Made by a program: the position numbers and the translations under genes. A stretch of 64,000 nucleotides of DNA from Chiloscyllium plagiosum. Its lineage: Eukaryota. The notes under the pieces were generated by a model. The model was not told the origin of the DNA, searched no databases, and was given only the letters and a program-made list of their open reading frames with translations. Positions 39,947 through 52,585 of this stretch are shown in pieces (within the stretch, counting starts at the first letter, position 1; every line of letters starts with the position of its first letter). The stretch lies in NCBI RefSeq assembly GCF_004010195.1, contig NC_057712.1, positions 95,890,670 through 95,954,669 of the forward strand, given 5' to 3'.

Positions 39947-40790
39947 GATCTGATGGGCTGAGGAGTGGCAGATGAAGTTTAATTTAGATAAGTGTGAGGT
40001 GCTGCATTTTGGAAAGGCAAATCAGAGAAGGACTTATCCACTTAACAGTAGGGCCCTGGTGAGTTTTGTCAGGCAAAGAGACCTTGGGGTGCAAGTTTAT
40101 AGCTCCTTGAAAGTGTAGTCATAGGTAGACAGGGTAGTGAAGAAGGTGTTTGGTACATTTGCCTTTATTGGTCACCGCATTGAGTTCAGGAGTTGGGAGG
40201 TCATGTCGTGGCTTTGCAAGACATTGGTTAGGCCACTTTTAGAATATTCCATTCAAATCTGATCTCCTTGCTATAAGAAAGATGTTGTTAAACTTGAAAG
40301 GATTCAGAAAATATACACAAGGATGTTGTCAGGGCTGGAGGGTTTGCGCTACAGGGAAAAGTGGAATAGGCTTGGGCTGTTTTCCAGAGACTGAGGGGGT
40401 GACCTTATAGCGGTTTATAAAATTACAAGGGGCATGGATAGGATGAACACCCTATCCATAGTCCTATTGTCTTTTTTCCCCGGTTTGGGGAAATCCAAAG
40501 CTAGAGGGCGTAGGTTTAAAGTGAGAAGGGAAAGATATAAAAGGGACCTGAGGGGCAACCTTTTCATGCAGAGGGTAGTGCATATATGAAATGAGCTGCC
40601 AGAGGAAGTGGTGGAGGCTGGTACGATTGCAGCATTTAAAAGGCATCTGGATCGATATATGAATAGGAATTGTTTAGAGGGATATGGGCCAAATGCTGGA
40701 AAATGGGATTAGATTAGGTTGGGATATCTGGTCAGCATGGAAGAGTTGGACCGAAAGATCTGTTTCCATGCTGTACAACTGTATGATTCT
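39947..40790 (+). mobile_element. CR1 LINE 3' part
   Basis: Encodes W..EWQMKFNLDKCEVLHFG...LVRPLLEY...FMQRVV. 3' UTR ends ttggaccgaaagatctgtttccatgctgtacaactgtatg. Confidence 0.88.
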
Positions 40791-42089
40791 GTGACCTCTG
40801 GAACAAGTGGCACTTGAACCTGAGCCTTCAGGGTCAAACTTAGGGACTCTCCCAGAGTTATTGAACAAGAGGATAACTTTTCCAATGGGCCAGTTCTGCA
40901 GCAATGCCTCTTTATTGAAGGAGGATTGGAAGATTACAGCCAATGCCTCTGCAAATTCCACCCTTAACTTGGCCTGGCATCCTCGAATGCAGAGCAACCA
41001 GTCCTGGTGACTTATCAAAGTCAAGTCCAGTCTAATACTTCTTTATAAGTTGTTAAATTGCAGTTAATTAAAAAATTGTACTGAGTTTAATTTTTGTGAA
41101 CTTTTCACAATCCGGACGGAATTGTTAAGCACTGATTATTTCAACATCCAGTGCTACCCCGCATCCTCTTTTGCACATCAGCAAATCAGTCTATGCAAAC
41201 TTAAAAGTACTGTCATGTTCAAGTGGAAGTTTCTGATTAAAATAACATCAGATTAATTTAAAAATAATTTGGATAAATATATATTGTTGTCATTTAAAAT
41301 CAATATTAAAACCCCAACATAGAAACTTTGGCACACGACTATCAGTGGTTACATAAACATAGTAATTTTGCGAACATTTAGAAAATTGTCCAATCCTTAA
41401 CATTTCTTAATGTATGTAAATTGAGAAAAAGAACATGAAACTGTAAAGTAACATAGTAAATTTATTCAGATAAAACTCTTGGTTACAGGCAAGCCAATAC
41501 TGACCGGTGTTAAATTTTCTGTACAGTTGTGAATCACATTATTAAAATGTTTTTTGTTGCAATCAAAATAGTCAACCACCCAAGTGACACCGATTAGTTT
41601 AACAAAATGATTGCCAAACCATTCTGAGCAGCAATCTATATTAATTAGAATTTTTTTTATGTTAGAGATTCTTTGTTGCCTAATACTCTTGGTTGATGCT
41701 AGCCAGCTATTTAATCCCCTGTATTAATTACAGGAATGAAAATGGCCCAGAAACTCTCAGATCAGTTCACAGGAGTATGCTTAGTTGGGTAGGTTGGGCA
41801 GGTACCAATACATGTGTGTGCAACTCCACTGTAGAACATAGGAGTAAACATTGTGGCAGATTACTACTTGAGGAAGGTACTAGCAGTTTCAGTTCCTCAA
41901 AGCAGGCTTCCCCGTGATCAATTTGTTAAAAGGATAGCTGATTTAAGCATCCAAATGCTGCTTTCCTAAAATCCACAGTTGGCCTCACTTTCCATCTTTG
42001 GTTGATCATTCACCACATTGTCCTGATTATTGAGAAGTCAAAAGCCCTGGATGATTTTTATTGATTCATCCCTGGTAAGTAAGTATGTC

Positions 42090-42385
42090 TGACTCATCCC
42101 TAAGAGCATTGAGAAGGTGGTTTTGAACTGACTACTTGAATCCCTACGGTCGTTATGATGTAAGGATATCCACAGTGTTGTTACAAATGGTGTAGCAGTA
42201 TTTTGACCCACTAACAGTAAAAGAATGGCAATACTGCTCCAAGTCAGGATGGTGTGTGAACTTACAGAGGAACTTGCAGATTGTGGTATTGACTTGAGTC
42301 TGGTGCCCTTCTCCAGGGTTAGAGGTTCTGAGTTTGAAAGATGCTATCAAATGAGCTTTGCTGGGATATTGCAGTGCATCCTGTC
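42090..42385 (-). mobile_element. L2/Crack-like LINE 3' fragment
   Basis: Aligns by eye with 15100-15400 (tgagaaggtggt...ccaagtcaggatggtgtgtg...tgcagtgcatc). Confidence 0.55.
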
Positions 42386-42659
42386 AGAATATCCATTGTG
42401 GAAATCCCTCAATTCAAACCTGACCCACACTGCCAACTAGGGCTATATTTGGGTGACCTGTAACTGTGCCAGTCCACTTCTCTGTCCAAATTCAGAGCTG
42501 ACTGTCTCCTCGATAGAGGTTATGTCTGGACTGGTCTTCTAATGACTCCATCTTATTTTTTATTTCATGCTGCCTGATCCTGCAGCCAAATCAAACAGGA
42601 ACATGTTATTTGAATGCATTCATCTCAGGTATATCTGCACAAGCTAACAGCTTGCAGTC

Positions 42660-42858
42660 TAAAGATGTGCAAGGTAGCTGGATTGGCATACGAAATTACC
42701 CTTAGTGTTAGGGATGTGTAGGTTAGATGCATTATCCATAGGAAATGTAGGGTTACAGGGATGGGGTAGGGGGATAGGGCTGGGTGGGATGCTGTTCAAA
42801 GGGGTGGTGTGGACTTGCTGGGCCGAATGGCCTATTTCCACACTGGAGTGATTCTATA
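42660..42858 (+). mobile_element. HE1 SINE 3' half
   Basis: aaagatgtgcaagg...gtggacttgctgggccgaatggcctatttccacactg. Confidence 0.8.
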
Positions 42859-44319
42859 TGATTTATGTAACAGCTTTAAAGATAAGAGCATTTCAGCACT
42901 TTTTGTAAATATCTGTTTCATGGGCTTCTTATTAATTAAATAAAATCCAAAGTTTTCTCTTGTGACCTGTCCAGCATGTTCAGACTCTGAGTATTGGAAA
43001 CCATGTGATTTTTATTGTGATAGATTACTAAAGCTGATGTTTACATTAAATGCAAGCAATTACAAAGAAAGACAGCTGTCACTCATATTCAGTGTATCTT
43101 TTCTAGTCTCTAATGGTTTATCTGAGTGTATGGAATTAAGAGCCAGCCCTAACACTGGAGACAGATGGAGGAAGGATCAGTCGTCTTCCTTGGATTGGTG
43201 TACTATACAGAAAAATGGGGACTGCTGGAGTTTGTGATGAGATTTAAAAAGTAATGAATACTAATTAATAAGCCCATAATAAAATGAGAAATATTTAAAT
43301 TAATTGAAATCAGAAGCTCTTTCTAATTTTATTTTCAAGTTGTTCCACAATCTGAGTAGTTCATGGCAATTCACCTTGAGTTTAAATTACCAAATCCCTC
43401 ACCCTTAAGAAACTTGGGGAGAGATTTTCCAGACCTACATGGGAAAAGTGGATGTGGGAAGTTAACTGGGCAGTTTTCCAACAGTGGGTTTGATGATTAA
43501 GTTCTTGGAATCTTTCAGGTGGATCAGCCTTCCCAACAGGAAGCCCCTCTTTTGCCTTGATTTACATGTCATGAATACTCAATGAGATTCCAATCTTATT
43601 ACAATCAAGGTACAACCTTGTTAGACAAAAACAAGAAACCAAACATGACTATGTGAAGCATGTACCTGGCCTCTTCCTCCAAGCTACAGTGAGAATAATC
43701 CTCTTCAGTAACTTGGCTTTTTCATAACTAAAGCCTTTCTTTGTCCAAATGCTCAAATTGTAAGGGGTGCAGCCTGTCCAAATAAACCAGTTTGAGCTAA
43801 GTCTCAGTTATATATAGTCTTGTTGTTGTAACGTTGTAAGAGGTGAAGCCTCACCAGGTTGACAAGCCTGCCCAAGTGAGGCTGCCACACACTGGCTGAT
43901 GTCAGCAAGCCTGACCAGGGTAGGCAAGTGAGGCTGAACTTATAAGAGGTCTCAACTCAAAAGGCCATCTATTATTGTTGTCTGTTCTTTCCAAACAAGT
44001 CTTTGGTGAAAAGCTATCAGATGTTCATGTTCTAGTTATGATGAAAGGTCAGTGATGTGGTGCTTTGTGAGGTGCCATGTGTTGTTCTTCCTTTGATGAT
44101 GCAAGTGTGAACCACAGCAGATGTGTGGGAGGCAGGACCACTGAGATACAGGCAGTGACATTGGTCATTGCATTGAAAGTGAGAGATATTGATTGCACAT
44201 GAAGCATCTGTTGGAGATGCGTAATACCAAACCATATGTGGCAGTGGTAAAACTACAATGCTAACTCATGCTCATGGGAACATGAGGCATGGAGTGGTGC
44301 ATACCCTGGCTGTGAGAAG

Positions 44320-44540
44320 CAGATCATTCATCCTCTTGCAGCACTGTAGCTGTATTCTCTTGAGCCACCCAAAGGCTATGATATCTGCAGTGACCTCTGT
44401 CTAACCATCTTTCATCAGTCAGGATGGTCTCCTGTAGCCATTCACAGGGAAAGCCATCCCCAGAAAAAAAAAGCTCCCTTTTCTCCTGAGCAGCCTTCAG
44501 GAGAACCTATGGAGTCACCACTGTGAAAGAGTGGTGTTGC
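44320..44540 (-). mobile_element. PIF/Harbinger transposon Myb/SANT (trihelix) ORF relic
   Basis: Manual minus-strand translation: VLLKAAQEKRELFFSGDG...RRPS*LMKDG*TEVTADIIAFGWLKRIQLQCCKRMNDL, resembling the W.EVA..V....RT..QCRKR.NDL Myb/SANT pattern. Confidence 0.6.
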
Positions 44541-45239
44541 TTTTTTCACTTGGTCTCTGAAATCTTCAGGGGTGAGTGATGTTCCCCCGTTGAAAGAAGT
44601 AAAATGCTGTTGATTGCTTTTTTTAATAGGATGCCCAGATGTTGGAGTCTGGAAGGTCCCAGTGGGATTCAGAACACCCTACCTATAAAATCTGCCAGTT
44701 TATCTATGTATGCACTTATAATGAGTTGAGAGAACATGATTGTATGGAGAAAAATAAACACCCTTCCTGCTTGCAGAATTTCCTCCCACTTTTAGAACCA
44801 CTTCCAGAGTTAGTCTATAAGGAAGAAAATTCCTCCCTATAGATCAGGTGTCATGACCAAACTCCTCGTCCTTTTGCAAAATAATTATTATTTGTGTACA
44901 ATTGGAATAATTACTAGCCAATCCAGAATTCCAGATTCTTCTTGTAGCAAGTAATTTTCAACAATATATCATAAAGTTAGAATTGAGCAATAATCTGATC
45001 ACTTGGCCACAGTAGGAACTGTTATGCATATTGTATAAGGGAGTTTGAAATGCTGAGGGGGTGCCTTGAATGCCACTTAATATGGTGATATTGTATGGAT
45101 TTACAGGGAGACAGCTTTGGATTGTTTGGGTCTTCCTCATTGAATCTTTAACAGTGTTTATTGTATCAGTATAACTTGTACATAGTTGTTATCAGGCAAT
45201 AAACTGCATTTCTTTAAGTGCCCCTTCTCCTTAGACTAC

Positions 45240-46325
45240 CAAAACACTATAAGAATTAGGCCATTCGACCCATCAGGTCTGCACCACCATTCAATCATGG
45301 CTGACATATTTCACAACCCCACTCTCCTGTCTTCTCCCCATAACCCTTGATCCCCTTACTAATCAAGAACCTATCTATCTCTATCTTAATTACACTCAGT
45401 GACTTGGCCTCCGCAGCCTCCTGCAGTAATGAGTTCCTTCTGACTGAAGACATTCCACCTCATCTCAGTTCTAAAGGGCGGTCCCTTTACTCTGAGGTTG
45501 TGCCCTTGGGTCCCAGGCTCTCCTACTAGCGGAAGCATCTTCTCCATGTCCACACTATCCATGTCTCTCAGTATTCTGTAAGTTTCAATCAGATCCCCTG
45601 TTATCCTCCTAAATTCCATTGAGTACACACCCAGAGTCCTCAACTGCATCTCATCTGACAAGCCGTTCATCGCCAGAATCATTTTTGTTGACCTCCTTTT
45701 GACCCCCTGCAATGTCAGCACATTCTTCCTTAGATTCAGGGCCCAAAACCTTTCACAAAATTCCAAATGTAGTCTGTACAGCCTCAGCAGTACATCTCTG
45801 TCCTTCAATTCTAGCCCTTTTGAAATGAATGCTAACATTGCATTTGCCTTCCTAACCGCCAACTGAACCTGAATGTTAACATTACAAGAATTTGAACCCG
45901 GACTCCCGTCTCCCTTTGTGCTGAAGATTTCTGCAGCCTTTCCCTGTTTAGTAAGTAGTCTACACATCTGATCTTCCTACAAAATTACGTAATTTCGTAC
46001 GTTCTCCCAATGTATTCCCTCTGCCACATTGCCTAACCTGTCCAATTCCTTCTGCAGCCTTCCCACTTCCTTATCATTACTTTTTCCTCCAGCTATCATT
46101 CTGTCATCTGTCATTCTGTCATCAGTTCCTTCATTCAGATCATTAATATATAACATGGACAATTGTGGTTCCAACACCGACCCCTGGAGAACTCCGTCCT
46201 TAAAAAGACCCCTTTAGCCCTTCTTTCTGCCTTCTGCCAGTCAAAGGCCTTCTGGAAATCCAAATAGATTATGTCTACCTGACCTCCTTTGCCTAACTCG
46301 ATTGTTGCCTCCTCAAAGTATTCTA
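45240..46325 (-). mobile_element. CR1 LINE RT and 3' region with deletions
   Basis: ORF 45386-45967 (AVRKANAMLAFISKG...GDLIETYRIL...FRTEMRWNVFSQ) and PQLSMLYINDL. Confidence 0.88.
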
Positions 46326-46399
46326 CTATATGGTTTCCTGTATCACACTAGACCAAGTAGGCCCTGTAGATCCCGACTCTGAAAGAGAATAGAAGAGAA

Positions 46400-46563
46400 A
46401 GATTAGGTGGATTGGCCATGCTAAGTTGCCTTGTAGTGTCCAGGGATGTGCAGGCTAGATGGAATAGCCATGGTAAATGTGAGGTTATGGGAAAGTGTTT
46501 GGAGGGTTAGTGCAAACTCAATGGGTCAAACAGCCTCTCGCCGCACTGTAGGGAGTCTATGAT
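46400..46563 (+). mobile_element. HE1 SINE 3' half
   Basis: ttaggtggattggccatgctaagttgcc...cactgtagggagtctatgat. Confidence 0.7.
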
Positions 46564-47347
46564 CAAGACAATTTTAACCTTATCTGACAATTGAAAGACA
46601 GGCAGGATTACGAGCAGCAAAGTCAACAGATATTTCCCAATCCTATGGATCCAATTAAGAATCCTCCCCAGTAGCTTTGATGGTCTGACCTGTGTCTTTA
46701 CCAACAGCACTTCACATTAGCAGCAGAACCTCATAAAATACCCAGCGTTATCTCAATTTAACCAGTTGATCTAACGCAGGGTGACAAACTGTAACAGAGA
46801 CTATTTAGGGTCCGGACATCTTCCTTGCTGACATTTATGAGAAAGTGGCAAGCAAAAGAAAGCTCTCGGTGAACATTATCAAACATTATCAATCCTTTCT
46901 GTGCAGCTGTAAATAATAAAAGGCCATCAATGTCATGTGTTGATTCCATGAAATAAGACTCTAGGGAACTGCCTCTGACATGACCATTTAACTAAAATTA
47001 TCAGCAAGAAAAATATCTCCAAAAAATTACTCATATTAGCATTAAGGTGAGAAGCTGAATAAATGCATTTTAACAGCTGTTTTCATTGAAGTGTAAACTT
47101 ATTATTATTTATTGAGGTGGCATATTATTGCTTGTAACTCTCAGCATTCTATAAAGTACAAGACAGTTCTTTACTTGGCAATATTTCAAACCATCTGTAT
47201 CATTCCGATTTGTCAACAGATGGCCAAGGAACACAGCTTAAAAATTAATCCCAAAACAGGAAGAGCAGCATTTTAAACATCTACCCTTTTTGTAACTTGT
47301 CTTTTTGTTGAATAAATGTGAAAGCTGGTAGTATTATAATCATCATC

Positions 47348-47480
47348 ATTCCTGATGAAGGCCCTATGCCCGAAACATCCACCCTCCTGCTCCTAGGATG
47401 CTGCCTGACAAGCTGTGCTTTTCCATCACCACACTCTTCGACTCTGACCTTCAGTATCTGCAGTCCTCACCTTCTCCTAG
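47348..47480 (+). mobile_element. Penelope-derived fragment with degenerate hammerhead
   Basis: cctgatgaaggccctatgcccgaaacatc...ctgcagtcctcaccttctcctag. Possible TSD agtattataatca / agcattagaatca. Confidence 0.75.
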
Positions 47481-48469
47481 CATTAGAATCACAGGCAGGG
47501 TTGTAACACCAGAAGGGTATATTAAAGAGAAAATAGACATTATTGAGGGAGAATTATGAGCAGTATCACAGATGTTTTGATGACTTCCTTCAAACTTGAT
47601 GTTAGTGTTTATGATGACTTCTGAACACTCAATTCTGTTAGTCCCAAAATACCCATATACCAGCGAAAGACTTATTGGCAGATTCTACTTGAAGCTGCAT
47701 ATTTGAATGACAATACTTGTGAGTTTAGGATAATGTCCATTGTTTTCCACTGCTTGCATTTTAATTGGCAAAGATTATATCTGGAGCTTTTCCAAACGTG
47801 GCACATTAAATCCCCATCAGAAAATAGCTGCTATACAGTATTTCATTTCCACTAGTTCAGTTCTAACTCTTTGCCTTTTCATGTAACCTTTAGTTTATAA
47901 ATTACATTTTCTTCATCTTGCTACATAGCAGTTGTTTGATATTCTTGGCTGAAAATTACTCCTTCAATATCAAGATCATTCTTGGTCCAGTTTATTGCAT
48001 AGTTTGTTTCTTTACTTTTATTTTTCTTTCATATCTTGTAATATGTTTCCTGCTTCCATCTAGTTAATTTTAGTAGCGTTTTAATTGTTCTTTATATCTA
48101 AAAGCTATTATTCTCTCATTACTCTACTTTTTATTTATTTTTGTAAAGCTGCCCAGTTGTTATTCTTTTATTATTTGCTTTGTTAACATTTCCCTCAATC
48201 CAAACTCATGCTTGGGCTTATTACCTTTCAATTTACTGTTTTTCCTCTTTCTTCAATGCGGTGGCCTTTCCCACTATTACGTTCTTGTTATGTTTAGCTC
48301 TGAAGTGCTTCTACAGGGGCATTATCATTAACACATAGCCAGAAGTGTTATACAGTTATTATCCACCTCTTTAACAAGAGTATTGGCAATGCAAGCACCA
48401 GTATATTATAACATTGAATAAACACTAGGCATCACTAAGGTTTTTCTAAAATACTGGGGTCTTTCTTTT

Positions 48470-48722
48470 CAGAAACATAGGAACTATAATCAGGAGCAGG
48501 CCATTCAGCTCCTCAAGCCTACTCCTGTATTCAGTATGTTTGTGGATGATCCTCTTTCTCACCATATTTCCATGTTCTCTCCATACTCTTTAGCTAAAAA
48601 TAATCAATATCTTTCTTAAATATACTCAGTCTCTGCAGCTTTTTGTGATAGCAACTTCCAGAATTTGACCAATCCATGAGTGAAGAAATGTTTCCTCATC
48701 TCAGTCCTAAGTGGCCTACCCA
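48470..48722 (-). mobile_element. CR1 LINE 3' end
   Basis: GRPLRTEMRKHFFTHGLVKFWKLL plus 3' UTR. Confidence 0.75.
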
Positions 48723-49194
48723 TTAAGAGAGTTGTGATGAATGAAGGCTTTGTCATTAATGGTGGAATGGAACATATAGGAGCTGCATAGTAAAAACAGT
48801 CCAAACAGAACACGTGGACTCAGAAATATGATTGGAGGAAATTGCCAAAAAGGACATGGGGGAAATTAGAAATGAGGACAATGAATTTGAAATGCACACA
48901 TCAAAAAACAAGATGCCATTGAACGTCAGAAAGGACAGAAATGTAAATTAATAAGATTTCTGTACAAGATAGGATGCACGGTAGTTAGAATTGTGTAGAA
49001 TAAAATTCAGGAAGCAGAAAAGGACAAAGAAAGCATGAAAAATGGTAAAAACTGGGAGATAAATTTCTATAGCAGTGGAGACGAAACAGAGGTAGCTTCT
49101 CACAATTTTATAATGTGAAGCAGGTTATTGTGGTGCTAAGTGGAATATGTAGGTGGATTTTACGAATGGCTGGATTACGAATGACTGGATTTAT

Positions 49195-49504
49195 GGGCGG
49201 CACGGTGGCACAGTGGTTAGCACTATTGCCTCACAGCGCCAGAGACCCGGGTTCAACTCCCGACTCAGGCGACTGACTGTGGAGTTTGCACATTCTCCCC
49301 GTGTCTACGTGGGTTTCCTCCGGGTGCTTCGGTTTCCTCCCACAGTCCAAAGATGTGCAGGTCAGATGAATTGGCCGTGCTAAATTGCCCGTAGTGTTAG
49401 GTAAAGGGGGAAATGTAGGGGAATGGGTGGGTTGCGCTTTGGCGGGTCAGTGTGGGCTTGTTGGGCCGAAGGGCCTGTTTCCACACTGTAAGTAATCTAA
49501 TCTA
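49195..49504 (+). mobile_element. Young full-length HE1 V-SINE
   Basis: gggcggcacggtggcacagtggttagc (A box) ... gggttcaactccc (B box), V-domain, CR1-derived tail and (taatc)n end. CpGs are largely retained. Confidence 0.93.
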
Positions 49505-50778
49505 CCCACTGCCCTGAATTAAATCAGTCTGCACTTCACAGATATGAGATTTTATTTCTCAGCAGCAATACTACCACTGCATGGCCTTAATTGGATCAAA
49601 GTGGGACTTCAGCCCTCAGGAATAGGAAATCTCACCCTAAAGAGCTGCCAGCCAATCTGATTGGTCACAAGCTGTGTCGTCCCAGCAGTACCCGAAGACA
49701 ATAGTGCCATCCTGAAAAAGAAGTGAATATAAATATCTGACTTCAGCGACATCTGGAGATTTAGGGCAGGCATAGCTGGGACACTCCAGTGAGTGAGAAG
49801 GAGGGCTAAAGACCCTGGTAGAGGGCATCCCCGAAAGGAGGAAATCTTCCTTCCCCACCAGTAGCCCATGCTGCAGTGAAAACTGCAGGCAGTTCAACCT
49901 CGTTTCCCCGAAGACTGAAAAATAGTAAAAATAAATCTGGAATGTAGCCCAGATGTACTAGTTAACTAGCCAGAGCCTCTGGGCAAGTGGCCTGCCTGAT
50001 GCCTCACCGAACACCGAGCAGCTTGGGTAAGCGAGAAGGCAGCCAGCTCGCCACCCACTTTAAGTGCCCTTCCACCTTAAACAGGACCACAGGGAACGTA
50101 AACATCATTACCTTTATTTTTACTTAGGGTGATGCAGGGCAATGTGATTTTGTACAAATCAGATCCAGGTTATAGTTTCTGTGGGTAAATTCTGGACATT
50201 GCCTATGAAATTGATAAAATAAATGGAGTAATGATTTGTCATTTGTATACTCTATATACAAGATGTCCTTAAAACTCCACCGCTTTAAAAAATGTTCTTG
50301 CAACTTCCAAAATAAGAAAGCCATGGCAGAGTAATAGTAATATCACTGATGTTAACTGAGCTTCTTATTGTTAATGATAATTATACTCCATGAAATGGAA
50401 ATGTGTAATATATCAGTATCTCTCCTAGCATGTAAGCAAAAGCTGCTATTTAATTCAATTGAAGACACTTAAAGTTAACTGTGAATATTATACAGTCACT
50501 GTGTGGAACCAGTCACCTAGAGAGGTCAATAGCACTGGGGCTAGATTATAAAATTTCTGTGAGGAATCAAACATATGAAACTTTGGTTTTCTAATTGCTA
50601 AGTTGGACAAAGTCCTGGAACCTACACAACTCGCTGCCCTAGATATTGTAGTCAGCAGTAAAATGACAGTGCAAATCACTGACCGTGAAGAAAACTGCCC
50701 ACAAAGACCTAGTCATCACTACATTGAAGTTACTTTCATTCTATATGTTTATAAAAGGTCCCAGGCGTTCAACAGTGA

Positions 50779-51130
50779 TAAAGTTAAAATCACACAATAC
50801 CAGGTTATAGCCCAACAGGTTTAACTACCTGATGAAGGAGCAGCGCTCCAAAAGCTAGTGCTTCCAATTAAACCGGTTGAACTATAACCTGGTGTTGCGT
50901 GATTTTTAACTTTGTACACCCCAGTCTAAGAGAAAGTGAGGACTGCAGATGCTGGAGATCAGAGCTGAAAAATGTGTTGCTGGAAAAGCGCAGCAGGTCA
51001 GGCAGCATCCAAGGAGCAGGAGAATCGACGTTTTGGGCATGAGCCCTGAAGAAGGTATGCTGCCTGACCTGCTGCGCTTTTCCAGCAACACATTTTCACA
51101 CCCCAGTCTAACACCAGCATCTCCAAATCA
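50779..51130. mobile_element. Palindromic Penelope-derived element with an 11-bp TSD, hosting a second Penelope element
   Basis: TSD ttcaacagtga at 50768-50778 and 51131-51141. Hammerhead ctgatgaaggagcagcgctccAaaagcta at 50829 (G12A). Confidence 0.87.
50930..51097. mobile_element. Nested palindromic Penelope-derived element with a 14-bp TSD
   Basis: Inverted arms tgtgttgctggaaaagcgcagcaggtcaggcagcat / atgctgcctgacctgctgcgcttttccagcaacaca. TSD acaccccagtctaa at 50916-50929 and 51098-51111. Confidence 0.88.
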
Positions 51131-51254
51131 TTCAACAGTGACGTCATTAAACAGGTCAAAGAATTATCATAGACAGGAATAGAGCAAATAAAAAGTAGAT
51201 TTTAAGTTTATGCTTTGTAATTTTACAAGAATTTCAATAAGGTTTAGGGCATTC

Positions 51255-52180
51255 AAGAAGAGTATAAGAGGATCAGGCACTTTAAGCTTGTTCCATCGTT
51301 CAGCAAGACCATGGCCCATCTGCCCAGGCTTCCAGTCCTTTTCTGTGCCAGCTCAGCATTGCCATTAACTCCCTGATATTTCAAAAATCTATCTGTCTCC
51401 TCTTTAAATACTTGCAGTGATCCAGCCTCCATAACTCTCTGGGGTAAATAACTCCAGACATTCACCACCTTCTGGTAGATGAAGTCTGTTCTACCTCACT
51501 TTTAAATGAATATCCTCTTATTCTGTAATTATGTCCCATAGTTTGAGATTCCCTCACTCATGAAAACATCTTCTCAATATCAATCCTGTCAAACCCTCTC
51601 AGAATCTTGTATGTTTCAATAAGATTGCTCCTCATTCTTCTAAACTCTAATGAATGAAGGTCTAACCTGTTTAGACAATCTTTAGAAATCAGTCTCTTTA
51701 TCCCAGTACTCAAACTAGTGAATTTCCTTTGAACAGCCTCCAATATCTTTTCTTAAACATCCTTTTCTTAAACATCTTTTCTTAAATATCCTTTCGTAAA
51801 CATGAGGACCAAAACTGTACACAGTACTTCAGCTGCAGTCTCACTAACACTTTGTATGATTGTAATCAGATTTCCCTACCTTTAAACCCCAACCTCCTAA
51901 TAATAAAGGCCTAAATTCCATTTGCCATCTGCACCCACATGCCAACTTGTTTTGTTTAATGCACAAGAACATCCAGATCCCTCTGTGCTGCACATTTTGG
52001 AGGCTGTTTCCATTTAAGTAAAAGTCTGTCTTTTGATTCTTCCAACCAAAATGCATGATCTCACATTTTGATTAATTAAACTTTGTCTCCCAAGTACGTT
52101 TCCCTCACTCACTCAGCACACCTATATCCAAACGTCTTTGTGTCATTGTCACAACATGCCCTCCCACCTACTTTTGTGTC
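51255..52180 (-). mobile_element. CR1 LINE 3' part
   Basis: EAVQRKFT...LEFRRMRSNLIETYKIL and MHFGWKN. Confidence 0.85.
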
Positions 52181-52269
52181 ATAGGATTAAGGAAGAAGCT
52201 GAAGTGTCATGAACAAACCTTAAACAAAATGATTTCCATCAAGAAAGCAAGTTGTTATTATGACACATG

Positions 52270-52585
52270 GAACCTGCAAAGCTTAAGTGACTGGCAAAAA
52301 TGTGATAGCTGGAGAATAATGTGGAAAAATGTGAAGTTGTCCATTTTGGTAAGAAGAATAGAAAAGCAGAATGTTACTTAAATTGAGTGAAACTGTAGAA
52401 CTTTGTGAAAAGGAAGATTCTGAACATCCTAATACAAAAATCACAAAAAAATGTTAACATGCAGGTACAAGGAGTAATTAGAAAGACACATGGAATGTTG
52501 CAAGAGGGTTGGAGTAAAAATGTGAGGAAGCTTTGTTACAACCATATGGGGTGTTGGTGAGACTATATCTGGAGTATTGCATACA
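52270..52585 (+). mobile_element. Old CR1 fragment
   Basis: aatgtggaaaaatgtgaagttgtccattttggtaagaagaat (NVEKCEVVHFGKKN) and LVRLYLEYC. Confidence 0.7.

Noticed and set aside
49195-49270. tRNA gene
   Set aside because: The A/B boxes run straight into a SINE V-domain and LINE-derived tail, so this is the SINE head.
51743-51803. CRISPR-like or functional repeat array
   Set aside because: These are four ~15-bp slippage copies (ttttcttaaacatc) without spacers, inside a CR1.
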